DNA of 64,000 nucleotides from Eutreptiella sp. 'Long Island Sound 2002' (GCA_964036045.1 OZ038379.1:14880001-14944000), one strand, 5' to 3'; shown: positions 36,301 to 47,480, counted from the first letter of the stretch. Program-made: numbers and translations. The notes: a model not told the origin generated them from the letters alone.

Positions 36301-39300
36301 CCAAAATGTCAAATTCACCAACAGGATGTACCGGTACTTGCTGCTACGGTGTATGACTATCGGGCAACTTCAATGCAGCGAAGAGCCACAGGGGTAAAGC
36401 ACATACCGCACTTGGGAACACGGTCTTGAAGGGAGATGCAGCCCGCCTGCCCGACGTTGCCATAATCGTGAGTATCCCAGTAGACATCGAAGTAATAACC
36501 ATATGGTGCCTTGCATGCACACTCTGGACTGGAGTTGCAACCGGCAGAGAGCGTGGCGTCCGTGCATTCACCTGGCAAGCAATAAAGAGAGAGAAAACGC
36601 TGTCCCTACTACTCTCGTGGCTGAACATGTGTACGTAGATTTGGATGCTCTCCGCCACACAATCGTGCAGCATCCCATCCTTGCGCTATTGTCAGCTATA
36701 AGATCCCCTGTGCATCGTGTATGGGGCTGGAGCCCGAGCAACTAGTGTGCCCCGCACAGGTGTTTTAGACTTTTCTGACTGGTCAATATGCGTTCAAAAT
36801 CTCTTGACCCCCAAAATGTCAAATTCACCAACAGGATGTACCGGTACTTGCTGCTACGGTGTATGACTATCGGGCAACTTCAATGCAGCGAAGAGCCACA
36901 GGGGTAAAGCACATACCGCACTTGGGAACACGGTCTTGAAGGGAGATGCAGCCCGCCTGCCCGACGTTGCCATAATCGTGAGTATCCCAGTAGACATCGA
37001 AGTAATAACCATATGGTGCCTTGCATGCACACTCTGGACTGGAGTTGCAACCGGCAGAGAGCGTGGCGTCCGTGCATTCACCTGGCAAGCAATAAAGAGA
37101 GAGAAAACGCTGTCCCTACTACTCTCGTGGCTGAACATGTGTACGTAGATTTGGATGCTCTCCGCCACACAATCGTGCAGCATCCCATCCTTGCGCTATT
37201 GTCAGCTATAAGATCCCCTGTGCATCGTGTATGGGGCTGGAGCCCGAGCAACTAGTGTGCCCCGCACAGGTGTTTTAGACTTTTCTGACTGGTCAATATG
37301 CGTTCAAAATCTCTTGACCCCCAAAATGTCAAATTCACCAACAGGATGTACCGGTACTTGCTGCTACGGTGTATGACTATCGGGCAACTTCAATGCAGCG
37401 AAGAGCCACAGGGGTAAAGCACATACCGCACTTGGGAACACGGTCTTGAAGGGAGATGCAGCCCGCCTGCCCGACGTTGCCATAATCGTGAGTATCCCAG
37501 TAGACATCGAAGTAATAACCATATGGTGCCTTGCATGCACACTCTGGACTGGAGTTGCAACCGGCAGAGAGCGTGGCGTCCGTGCATTCACCTGGCAAGC
37601 AATAAAGAGAGAGAAAACGCTGTCCCTACTACTCTCGTGGCTGAACATGTGTACGTAGATTTGGATGCTCTCCGCCACACAATCGTGCAGCATCCCATCC
37701 TTGCGCTATTGTCAGCTATAAGATCCCCTGTGCATCGTGTATGGGGCTGGAGCCCGAGCAACTAGTGTGCCCCGCACAGGTGTTTTAGACTTTTCTGACT
37801 GGTCAATATGCGTTCAAAATCTCTTGACCCCCAAAATGTCAAATTCACCAACAGGATGTACCGGTACTTGCTGCTACGGTGTATGACTATCGGGCAACTT
37901 CAATGCAGCGAAGAGCCACAGGGGTAAAGCACATACCGCACTTGGGAACACGGTCTTGAAGGGAGATGCAGCCCGCCTGCCCGACGTTGCCATAATCGTG
38001 AGTATCCCAGTAGACATCGAAGTAATAACCATATGGTGCCTTGCATGCACACTCTGGACTGGAGTTGCAACCGGCAGAGAGCGTGGCGTCCGTGCATTCA
38101 CCTGGCAAGCAATAAAGAGAGAGAAAACGCTGTCCCTACTACTCTCGTGGCTGAACATGTGTACGTAGATTTGGATGCTCTCCGCCACACAATCGTGCAG
38201 CATCCCATCCTTGCGCTATTGTCAGCTATAAGATCCCCTGTGCATCGTGTATGGGGCTGGAGCCCGAGCAACTAGTGTGCCCCGCACAGGTGTTTTAGAC
38301 TTTTCTGACTGGTCAATATGCGTTCAAAATCTCTTGACCCCCAAAATGTCAAATTCACCAACAGGATGTACCGGTACTTGCTGCTACGGTGTATGACTAT
38401 CGGGCAACTTCAATGCAGCGAAGAGCCACAGGGGTAAAGCACATACCGCACTTGGGAACACGGTCTTGAAGGGAGATGCAGCCCGCCTGCCCGACGTTGC
38501 CATAATCGTGAGTATCCCAGTAGACATCGAAGTAATAACCATATGGTGCCTTGCATGCACACTCTGGACTGGAGTTGCAACCGGCAGAGAGCGTGGCGTC
38601 CGTGCATTCACCTGGCAAGCAATAAAGAGAGAGAAAACGCTGTCCCTACTACTCTCGTGGCTGAACATGTGTACGTAGATTTGGATGCTCTCCGCCACAC
38701 AATCGTGCAGCATCCCATCCTTGCGCTATTGTCAGCTATAAGATCCCCTGTGCATCGTGTATGGGGCTGGAGCCCGAGCAACTAGTGTGCCCCGCACAGG
38801 TGTTTTAAACTTTTCTGACTGGTCAATATGCGTAGCACGGGCACTCAGAGCATACCACGGCATGCTGTGCAGGATCCACCACAATCAACACCAGCCTCGT
38901 CGCCGTTTTGTGCCCCATCGTCGCAGGTTGGAGCTGCACAACGCAATACAGGAGAATCACAGGATAAGAGCCCACACAGCTGCGACCGGTCGTTGAAACG
39001 GTACACCGTTGTTTTGCCTTGTGCAGGTTGATCCAAAGAGCACACCACCCAAAGGAGAGCCCTTGCGTGGCAGCGAGGCGGTGCGCATACGTGATGTGCC
39101 ACAAATTTCAAATCCCGGTTTAGCCACAGAGTAATCCGATGACCAGGTGATGGTGGTCCCCGCCGCCACAAACACGCCCGAAGGCCCATCGAAACCAGAG
39201 AAATCTGTGCCACCCATGGTCAGCTTATCATAATTGTGCTCGGTCTCAAAAGCATTCACTTGCAGCGTCGTGGAACGAAGAACTCGGATCGTACATGCTT

Positions 39301-42300
39301 CCGAGAGGCCGTAGTCGTTCGGGTAATTTGGGCTCAAGAAACAGCCGCTGGACATGGCCACGGTGCAGGGCCCAGACGTTACAGTAAATTCTGTTTAGGA
39401 AAGATGAATTCCGATTCACAGGGATCACGGGGTGCCCGGATGCTGGTCCATAAGCAGTGGAGGTCCAGCTTCGCCCCCTACGCCTTTGCTACGACGCTCC
39501 TAGGCTCACCGGCACAATGTGCACACAACACGAAGGAAGACTTTGGGTGCACACAGGAACACAAGCGGTGCATTAACATGTGCTCTAACATACGACAGTC
39601 AGAAGGGCACGATCCACCACAATCAACTCCAGTCTCGTCGCCATTCTGGATCGAATCACCACATGTCCCTGCCGTCACTACACAAGAGTGGCAGCGAACA
39701 ACACTCAATCTGATCGCAGTGGGTGGGGTGGGGCCCTCTGTTTGGATCCGCCTCCCTGTGTGACATGTAGTCCATCTGTGGTTTCTTTACGGGGCCCTGG
39801 ACAGTGTGGTGCATGACCACACGCCTTCGCACACAATCACCCACAACCAGCGCCGCGCGTTGATGCCAGATGCGCCAAGTTGTGTGACGCTGTGGTGGCC
39901 CTGCCCAGTACAAACAAGCGCAATTGGAATGATTGCCGTGCCAACACAAATACAGAGGAGTGGCGAAAGTTACAGCCCTTGAAAGTGAAAAGCCTCTCCC
40001 CGGACGTCTAAAGTCAAAGTGATGTCCAATTTAACGTCAAGGTCCACTCCATGTCTTGTTTTCCAATATCATCTTCTACAGCCACATCTATTTCGGCTTG
40101 GAAGCAGAGCAGACCAAAGCTGACTGTTGAGACACACACAAACTGGCAGGCATGGCAGTGACACATGACTTAATTACAAACCTGCATCCTTCATATAACA
40201 GTCATGGCCAGCCATGCTGTTGAGAGTGCTGGCAGATGCTTCTGCCTTCCAGAAACAGACGTCTAATGTGCGCCAAACAAATGCTGAGCATGACGCTGAG
40301 CTCGTACACTTGGCCTTGCATTCATCTACCCCATTAGCACCTGGCTCCCAACCAGAGAGTGTACCATCTTCCAGAGTGATGCCAATCCCTCCACAATGCT
40401 TGCCATTTGTCACCTCGTAATCATCTGCAAAATAGAGTGGAGGGAAGAGGTGAGGGGGGTACGCCAAAGATTCAGGATCTTGCCCAAAAGCTGGGAAGGT
40501 GCAAGGTACAGCTCATTATAAAAGGCTGCTTTAGCGCCAGGTTTAAGGATGATTGTCCTGAAAATTCAGGAGAAACTCCAGTGTGTCAGTAGTCCACTTT
40601 GAGGTGAAAATGAGCAGGTTTTGACCCATTTTCTGGATTATTGTCCTGAAAGTTCAGGAAGTTCGCCAAGGGAACAAGCTTACCCATGCTGTTGTACAAT
40701 TTCCCTTTTGGGCTCTGAGTTTGGACGTTGGCGCTTTTGCAATAGCAAAATTTGGACCATCGGTTATGATGATTGGAAATCCACAGTGACCTGTGACACA
40801 TAGCGACAACAGACAACGTCTCATTTCCACCTCTAAATGGACCACCACGTGGCACAATGGTGGGAGATATGGCTCATTCAACGCCCATTTGCAGTCATTT
40901 CATTGTTCAATCTCTTTGATAAAAAAGCGGCGCTTGGAGGCACCTGCTTGACACACTGGAGTTTATCCTCAACTTTCAGGACAATCGGCCCAAACACAGG
41001 CTGAAAATGGCCATTTTCGGCCCCATTTTTGGTGCCAAGAAGTTCCATCGGCTCTGTTTGGGGAACTGAGCGGGAAAAAAATTGTCCATTGATATGGCAA
41101 TCAATATTGAAAACCAATGGTTCAACTTTGAAATGGTGCGTTGGATAATCAAATTTGATTGGGGCTTGTTTGTTGCTTATTGGTTGCGCCGCAAATAGAG
41201 GACTTTCACGGGACGTTGACGCCATGTAAAATCCTCCTGTCCTGCTCCTTTTCCACCGCCTCCTCCTCCTCACCACGCGAACACTGCTCATAGAATACCT
41301 GTTTGCAATCATTCCATGGCCCAATCACAATGAGAAAACAATGGCACTCCCAGAGGAAGCTGCTTTATGTCCTGTACGTTCAGGACAGTCATCCCAAAAA
41401 CAAGCTGAAAAGGGCCGTTTTCAACCCCTTTCGCAGCCACCGAAAGCCGCCAACCGCTCCAATTTGGAACCTGGGTGGGAAATATGCTGTTGGGGGTGAC
41501 AAACGATCAGGAAAATCAACAGTTGAATGTGGAAACGGCAAATTGGAGAAGCTAATTTTTGCTGCGGCTTGTTACGTGTCGCTTGCCTGTTGATTGCTTA
41601 CTTGCGCCTGAAAGATTGATTTGTTGGAGGACTTTGACTAAAGAGGACGCAAGCGATCGTCTAAAGTCTTCCAGATCCTCTCGTGCTTCCTATGACCCAA
41701 TTGTTGCAGAAAATGAATGGTCTCGTCTGGAAGCACCAGCTGACCACACCAACGATCAAGACGATAGCCCTAAAATCCTTGGTGAAACTGGCTGCTCTCC
41801 ACCACGAAACGGCAAGTGCCTGGCATGACCACATAGAAAGTGCTATCCAGGTGCATATTTCTTCACACTTTGGCATGGTGAGCAATACAATGGGTCACAA
41901 TGATCCATTTGGGACGTCTTAACGAATATGCTGAAAACCCGGGAAATTGGAATCAATACAAAACTATTAGCTCGTAAATTTTCTAGAATGGACGCAACGG
42001 TATTGAGAAACGTCCCGCGGCTTCTCCTCCTTTCCTCAGTTGGATATGGATCCTATGTCTACAATTTGGCTTTTTCGTGTTTTTGAGAGATGTACTCGGT
42101 GATATGAATTCACCGTCGTGCGCCCCGTAACAGCGCCATATTCATGCGCAGAGTAACGGGAAAACGGTGACACATTGTGCCGCGCGCACTATGGGGAGGA
42201 ATTGACCATCCGGACTATGCCAGGGGTATCCATCGAAGTGCAGAACAGCAGCTTTTCACAAGAACCCAAGGGTTGGCACCTGACTGATCCAGCTTTTGGG

Positions 42301-44701
42301 CACATATCCGTACTCCTGAAACGATTCTTTGGTCCTTTGCTAACACTATCCGGTCCAGCTGACAATTCTGTGCATGCGAGGGCACAATCAGAAAGAACAT
42401 GAGCTGCTTATCCCTACAGACTTGCCGCTAGCCCCTAGCAGCTCAGGCGAGATCACAACGAAGATCACAAACTGTATCCTGTGTGCGGTATCAAATGACT
42501 CTGTAGCACGATCAGACACTGATTATTGACTTTTCAGACACGCGGAAACTGGCAGGCATGGCAGTGACACATGATTTAAGTACAAACCTGTATCCTTCAT
42601 ATAACAGTCATGGCCAGCCATGCTGTTGAGAGTGCTGGCAGATGCTTCTGCCTTCCAGAAACAGACGTCTAATGTGCGCCAAACAAATGCTGAGCATGAC
42701 GCTGAGCTCGTACACTTGGCCTTGCATTCATCTACCCCATTAGCACCTGGCTCCCAACCAGAGAGTGTACCATCTTCCAGAGTGATGCCAATCCCTCCAC
42801 AATGCTTGCCAATTATCACCTCATATCCATCTGCAGAATAGAGTGGAGAGAAGAGGTGAGGGGGGTACGCCAAAGATTCAGGATCTTGCCCAAAAGCGGA
42901 GGGTTATACCAAGGTATCTTGCACCACAACACAAAAAGTGTAAAAGACTGACCAACGAATGTCGTGCGTATTGTCGGTTGCTGCTATGTGCCACAGGTCA
43001 CTGTGGATGTCCACTTATCATACCCATGGTTCAAACGGGGAAGGGACTCACCTCTGTGCACTGCCTGTGGTGATGCTAGCGTGAGGCTTTGTGGCAAAAT
43101 GGTGGGGCTTCCAGAACCTCCGCCTCCCATTAGTAGAAACACACAACTTGCACCTGAACGCAATGCCTCCTGACTGCCTGGAGCGCAGCGAGCGCATGCA
43201 TTGACCCCCACGTTGTAGGAGCAATATGCCTCTTGTGGGGTACCATCGTTGGCACAGACCATCCCTTCTGCATCATAGTCAGGAGCGGCAGGGTTACACT
43301 CGTTGTCCACTGTGATAACTTGTTGCAACGAACAGGGATTTCCATTGATTGTCACGGTTGCTGAAACAGAACAATGGAACATGCACTATGGAATACACAG
43401 AGTGGAATCCCTGTACACCAAGCAAACATCTTAATGTTCAGAGTGTTCTGCAGTTCGCAGTCCTTGCATTTTGTCAAACGGGACCAGTTAAATTGATACC
43501 CAAGAATGATTGCAGTATTTCAAAGCGGAGGGTTATACCAAGGTATCTTGCACCACAACACAAAAAGTGTAAAAGACTGACCAACGAATGTCGTGCGTAT
43601 TGTCGGTTGCTGCTATGTGCCACAGGTCACTGTGGATGTCCACTTATCATACCCATGGTTCAAACGGGGAAGGGACTCACCTCTGTGCACTGCCTGTGGT
43701 GATGCTAGCGTGAGGCTTTGTGGCAAAATGGTGGGGCTTCCAGAACCTCCGCCTCCCATTAGTAGAAACACACAACTTGCACCTGAACGCAATGCCTCCT
43801 GAATACCTGGGGCGCAGCGAGCGCATGCATTGACCCCCACGTTGTAGGAGCAATATGCCTCTTGTGGGGTACCATCGTTGGCACAGACCATCCCTTCTGC
43901 ATCATAGTCAGGAGCGGCAGGGTTACACTCGTTGTCCACTGTGATAACTTGTTGCAACGAACAGGGATTTCCATTGATTGTCACGGTTGCTGAAACAGAA
44001 CAATGGAACATGCACTATGGAATACACAGAGTAGAATCCCTGTACACCAAGCAAACATCTTAATGTTCAGAGTGTTCTGCAGTTCGCAGTCCTTGCATTT
44101 TGTCAAACGGGACCAGTTAAATTGATACCCAAGAATGATTGCAGTATTTCAAAAATGCCAGGTACTTCGACTTACTGATCCGGCTTCAAACTTTCCGGGC
44201 AATTTGTGCTCGGAATGAGTGCGGTAATTCTGTTTTATCACATCCTGTAAATACGTTTGCAAGCACGTTTCTTCAAACCTTACTACTGCAAAAGTGCTAG
44301 TGTCGAAAATCAGGGCCAACAAAGGAAATCTGGGTAAGCATGTTCCCTTGGCGAACGCCCTGAACTGTAAGGATGATCGTCCTTATAACGGGCTTCAAAA
44401 CTGCTCACGGCCCACACCTCAGCATCCTGCAGCTTCTTCTTCCGTGTACTGAATGCAAAAGGCAATCAGTCTTCACTCTCTCCATGATGCATGGTGTTGC
44501 TGCTTGAGTCTTTTCATGGTACACGCACATAACACCGTTGGTACAGCAACACCACAAGTTTTTTTGAAAAAAGAAATTCCGGAATTTCACAAGAATTCCA
44601 AAGGGTGACACCATCGCTGTCCTCTGCTGCCTACCCCCTTTAATCTCCTGTCTGTCGCCATTGCCCTTCAAGCCCAAGGCCTATGCTCCCGAACATGCAC
44701 T

Positions 44702-44749
<48 letters not shown>

Positions 44750-47155
44750 GTCTCTCTCTCTATCTCTCTCTGTCTGTCTGTCTCTCTCTCCATTGCCCTG
44801 CAAGACAGTCAAGGATTAGAACATACTGTTCCCCTTAATTTTTTTTGTGGCATTACCCCGCATCCCCTTTTGCGAGAGCAATGCTCTTGTCAAACAACAC
44901 TAGGGGTCGTTTCCGCAGCTTTTGGAACCATGTCCTTCCGTACTTTGCCCTTTATAACTTCACCCCCGTGTCAGAGCAACATCATTTTCACGTCTAAATG
45001 GACGACCACCTGGCACCATGGGTTGAAACACGGCTCATTCAACACCCGTTTGCAATCATTTCATTGTCCAATCACTTCGAAAAAAAGAACAGCGCTTATT
45101 GGAGGCACCTGCTTAACACACTGGAGTGTATCCTAAACTTCCAGCATTTTCGGCCAAAAAACCACGTCGAAAATGGCCATTTTTGACCCCATTTTTGGCT
45201 GCCAAGACCTGCCATAACCTCTGTTTGGGGGAGGGGATGGGGAAACGTTGCCCATCAGTATGGCAATCACTATTGAACAACAATGGTTCGGTTTGGAAAC
45301 AGTGTGTCTGAGAAATCACTTTTTACTGCGGCTTGCATGCTGCTTGCTTGCACCTGAATTGTTGGTTTACTAGACATGGACACACGTAAATGAGCGCCAT
45401 GTGAAGTCATCGTGTCCTCCTCCTGCTGCTGCTGCTGCTTATCCTCCTCCTTCTTCTGCTGCTACTGCTCCCACTCTTCATTGAATACCCATTGGCAATC
45501 ATTTCATTGCCCATTAACTGCGGTCAAGAATAGCGCTTATTGGAGGCACTGCGGTGTATCCTGAACTTTCAGGATTTGTGACCAAAAAAGGAGCTGAAAA
45601 TTGCGATTTATGGCTCCACTTTTGGCTGCCGAGAGCTGGCAATGGCTCTGTTTGAAAAGAAATGACGGGGAAAGCTGCCAATTGGGATGGTAATCAACAC
45701 TGAAGAATGATGTTTCGGTTTTGAAATACCTTTACTGGGTCTTGCCTGCGCGTTGCTTGCTTGCTGCACCTGAATTATTAGTTTGCTTAGGGCAGATGAC
45801 GTGACAAGAGATACCCGAGCGAGGTGGGCTGGCGCTCGGAAATGGCGATGGGCTTGGACTGGCACTTGGAGCTGAGATTGAAGTGGATGCACATGGACAC
45901 TGGCAACACTGACACTGGGAGGGGCTGATACTTTTATCGCCTATCGGCATTCAGGAGCCCTTTTGCGCAGCCCTGGCCACCAGACAGTCCCCCTCGCCAG
46001 ATTCATCACAACAGGAAGCTGAACCTTCAGGCAAAGTCTTAGCTACGCAAATGAGTGCACATTGAAACAGGTGAGACAAGAGGGACAGGGATTGCACAGA
46101 TCGATCAGCGAGGTTGATATTGACCTTGGCAGCAGCGGACGGAGTGGGCCAAGATATCAGGGCTGAAGACCCATTGGAATGCAGAGCGTGGCTTCAATGG
46201 ACTGAGATTGGCAAGACTTTGACTGTGCGGCGATAAGATGGAATGGCCACCTCCAACTTGCTTATGGAAGGGGAGGAGGAGGCATCCCACCTCAGACACC
46301 TCCCCATTGCAGCCCCTTGTAAAGCACCTACGACAGGATCCCCACATTTCATCCATGAAACGTCACCAGTTTCCTACAACGCCAACACAATCCCCCTTTT
46401 TTTGCAACTGATCATATCACCATCTTACAACCATTCACCGCATGTGGGTGGTGGTGGTGGTGCTGGTACTGGTGCTGTAGGTGGTGGATTGTCAATGCCA
46501 ATCCCTCCACAATGCTTGCCAATTATCACCTCATATCCATCTGCAGAATAGAGTGGAGAGAAGAGGTGAGGGGGGTACGCCAACGATTCAGGATCTTGCC
46601 CAAAAGCGGAGGGTTATACCAAGGTATCTTGCACCACAACACAAAAAGTGTAAAAGACTGACCAACAAATGTTGTGCGTATTGTCGGTTGCTGCTATGTG
46701 CCACAGGTCACTGTGGATGTCCACTTATCATACCCATGGTTCAAACGGGGAAGGGACTCACCTCTGTGCACTGCCTGTGGTGATGCTAGCGTGAGGCTTT
46801 GTGGCAAAATGGTGGGGCTTCCAGAACCTCCGCCTCCCATTAGTAGAAACACACAACTTGCACCTGAACGCAATGCCTCCTGAATACCTGGGGCGCAGCG
46901 AGCGCATGCATTGACCCCCACGTTGTAGGAGCAATATGCCTCTTGTGGGGTACCATCGTTGGCACAGACCATCCCTTCTGCATCATAGTCAGGAGCGGCA
47001 GGGTTACACTCGTTGTCCACTGTGATAACTTGTTGCAACGAACAGGGATTTCCATTGATTGTCACGGTTGCACGGATGGGCAGCACCAAACCGCAAACAA
47101 GGAGGAGTATCCAAGGGAACTTGCTATGTGTGGGCAATGCACGACCACCCGCCAT
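7102..47155 (-). CDS. Giant multi-exon type-I membrane mosaic protein (about 31 exons, about 3,030 aa), putative adhesin/receptor
   Basis: All exons listed below have AG/GT boundaries with compatible phases, and no junction creates a stop. ATG at 47155, TAA at 7102-7104; signal peptide at the N-terminus and TM near the C-terminus. Confidence 0.85.
9387..9662 (-). CDS. Exon 30 (phase 0-0), juxtamembrane Cys-containing domain
   Basis: ccccag|GGC TCC...GAG|gtatat; [20 protein letters not shown]...[15 protein letters not shown]. Confidence 0.8.
11579..14211 (-). CDS. Exon 29 (2633 nt): RCC1 repeats followed by a Thr/Ser/Pro mucin-like stalk
   Basis: ttccag|CC...CAG|gtatgc; five G.N..GQLGL motifs plus a closing half-repeat, then about 600 aa of T/S/P-rich sequence. 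Confidence 0.9.
15045..15305 (-). CDS. Exon 28 (1-1): RCC1 repeats
   Basis: gcccag|GC...GAC G|gtatgt; [29 protein letters not shown]. Confidence 0.85.
15970..16219 (-). CDS. Exon 27 (0-1): Sushi/CCP-like module plus first RCC1 half-repeat
   Basis: cggcag|GTG...ACA G|gtgtgc; CGEP...[29 protein letters not shown], then [13 protein letters not shown]. Confidence 0.8.
18079..18420 (-). CDS. Exon 26 (0-0): C-terminal part of a GON-like domain
   Basis: ccccag|GGC...GAG|gtacat; WGIAADC...[10 protein letters not shown]...[12 protein letters not shown] resembles GON (FATAGDC...FSINL.GTGF...GKCGGYCGKC). Confidence 0.75.
19241..19365 (-). CDS. Exon 25 (1-0): N-terminal part of the GON-like domain (not in the ORF track frame)
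   Basis: tcgcag|CC CTG...; [41 protein letters not shown]. The donor is after 19241 or alternatively after 19232. Confidence 0.7.
21982..22335 (-). CDS. Exon 24 (1-1): 'CL.PG.Y.F...D..GDG..GG' beta module
   Basis: tttcag|GG...TCT G|gtatgc; [31 protein letters not shown]. Confidence 0.85.
24408..24746 (-). CDS. Exon 23 (1-1): divergent copy of the same beta module
   Basis: caacag|AC...GAA G|gtgtgt; VVWDIGG...[10 protein letters not shown]. Confidence 0.8.
25761..26234 (-). CDS. Exon 22 (1-1): F5/8C/fucolectin-like galactose-binding-fold domain
   Basis: Donor GAA G|gtatgc; NFALGSTA...LLTDG...WGSC...LQVTL...IREIRMWSR...LSLAELDVF. The acceptor is uncertain (26234 or nearby). Confidence 0.75.
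26576..26881 (-). CDS. Exon 21 (1-1): 'YP.E..W.I...PGPY...D.YSDGWHGG' beta module
   Basis: tcacag|GC...CCA G|gtatcg. Confidence 0.85.
27830..27995. repeat. Degenerate telomere-like G-rich hexamer tract (TAGGGG/TAGGGC/TTAGGG)
   Basis: Direct read; intronic. Confidence 0.8.
28330..30300 (-). mobile_element. Tandem array of tRNA-derived SINE-like units (4 tRNA-like heads plus a headless partial unit)
   Basis: Minus-strand heads at about 28512-28582, 29010-29080, 29397-29467 and 29795-29865 have A box TGGCCCAGCGG and B box GGTTCGAATCC (variants in some copies), each followed by a shared GC-rich body. Confidence 0.75.
30559..30657 (-). CDS. Exon 20 (1-1): Thr/Ser linker
   Basis: tttcag|TC...GAG C|gtatgc; [32 protein letters not shown]. 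Confidence 0.75.
33859..33939 (-). CDS. Exon 19 (1-1): Ser/Pro linker
   Basis: gaacag|CA...CGA G|gtagtg; [26 protein letters not shown], 81 nt. Confidence 0.55.
34534..34938 (-). CDS. Exon 18 (1-1): F5/8 type C (discoidin/CBM32-like) domain
   Basis: ccgcag|AG...TGC G|gtgtgc; [26 protein letters not shown]...[19 protein letters not shown]. Confidence 0.85.
35372..38833. repeat. 510-bp tandem array (about 6.8 units), each unit containing one 165-nt exon
   Basis: Identical ORF sets recur every 510 bp; I saw only one substitution (near 38808). Confidence 0.97.
35387..38611 (-). CDS. Exons 11-17: seven identical 165-nt phase 1-1 exons (35387-35551, 35897-36061, 36407-36571, 36917-37081, 37427-37591, 37937-38101, 38447-38611)
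   Basis: tgccag|GT GAA TGC...AAG TGC G|gtatgt; 55-aa module with 6 Cys: [55 protein letters not shown]. Confidence 0.8.
38856..38933 (-). CDS. Exon 10 (1-1): '[17 protein letters not shown]' Cys-rich repeat
   Basis: gtgcag|CT...CGT G|gtatgc. Confidence 0.85.
39091..39390 (-). CDS. Exon 9 (1-1): CUB-like domain
   Basis: aaacag|AA...TCA C|gtatgc; SPNYPNDY...CTI...[10 protein letters not shown]...[12 protein letters not shown]. Confidence 0.85.
39594..39677 (-). CDS. Exon 8 (1-1): '[19 protein letters not shown]' Cys-rich repeat
   Basis: gtgtag|TG...TGT C|gtatgt. Confidence 0.85.
40182..40424 (-). CDS. Exon 7 (1-1): PAN/apple-like domain, copy B
   Basis: ttgcag|AT...GCA G|gtttgt; [18 protein letters not shown]...CFWK...DCYMK. 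Confidence 0.85.
42588..42830 (-). CDS. Exon 6 (1-1): PAN/apple-like domain, copy A
   Basis: ctgcag|AT...ACA G|gtttgt; near-identical to 40182-40424. Confidence 0.85.
43154..43360 (-). CDS. Exon 5 (1-1): 69-aa Cys-rich module (GSQ variant)
   Basis: tttcag|CA ACC...TCA G|gtgcaa. Confidence 0.8.
43783..43989 (-). CDS. Exon 4 (1-1): 69-aa Cys-rich module (GIQ variant)
   Basis: 629-bp tandem duplicate of exon 5 with the same splice sites. Confidence 0.8.
44706..44790. repeat. (CT)n/(CTGT)n microsatellite
   Basis: Direct read. Confidence 0.95.
45815..45871 (-). CDS. Exon 3 (1-1): Ser/Pro linker
   Basis: tctcag|CT...TCG G|gtatct; [18 protein letters not shown], 57 nt. Confidence 0.55.
46439..46540 (-). 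CDS. Exon 2 (1-1): truncated PAN start fused to a Pro-rich linker
   Basis: ctgcag|AT...TGC G|gtgaat; [33 protein letters not shown]. Confidence 0.6.
46864..47155 (-). CDS. Exon 1: start codon, signal peptide and first Cys-rich module
   Basis: [29 protein letters not shown]|TVTINGNPC...; donor TCA G|gtgcaa. Confidence 0.8.
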
Positions 47156-47310
47156 ACTGCAATTATCAACAAGCACCCGCCTCGTCAATCAGCAGGAGAA
47201 GAGGACAGGGTCGCTATCAAAGAATAATTTGTGTGAAAAAAGAGGCATATGGAGGTGCGTGACACAAAATTTTGGTCAGGGCGTAACTTACGGCCCGTAA
47301 TTTATGATCA

Positions 47311-47480
47311 CTGCATCAGAACTGCATCAGCAGTGCATCAGAACTGCATCAGAACTGCATCAAGAGTGCATCGGAACTGCACAAGAACTGCAGCAGATCT
47401 GCATCACAACTGCAACTGTTGTGTTGTGTTGTGTTATGTTGTGTTGTGTGGTGTTGTGTTGTGGCACCAGTGCAGTCAGT
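47311..47480. repeat. Short block of the GCATCAGAACT/(GTTGT)n satellite
   Basis: Same units as the 48.7-51.1 kb array. Confidence 0.9.

Larger units (their letters stand above)
42893..44153. repeat. 629-bp tandem duplication (2 units), with a third partial copy at about 46605-47070
   Basis: ORF pairs offset by exactly 629 bp (42964/43593, 42984/43613, 43130/43759). Confidence 0.95.

Noticed and set aside
35372-38833. CRISPR-like array
   Set aside because: Units are 510 bp and identical with no variable spacers; eukaryotic exon-intron duplication explains them.
7102-47155. Euglenid-type non-canonical introns
   Set aside because: All resolved junctions use GT-AG; only the exon 22 acceptor is ambiguous.
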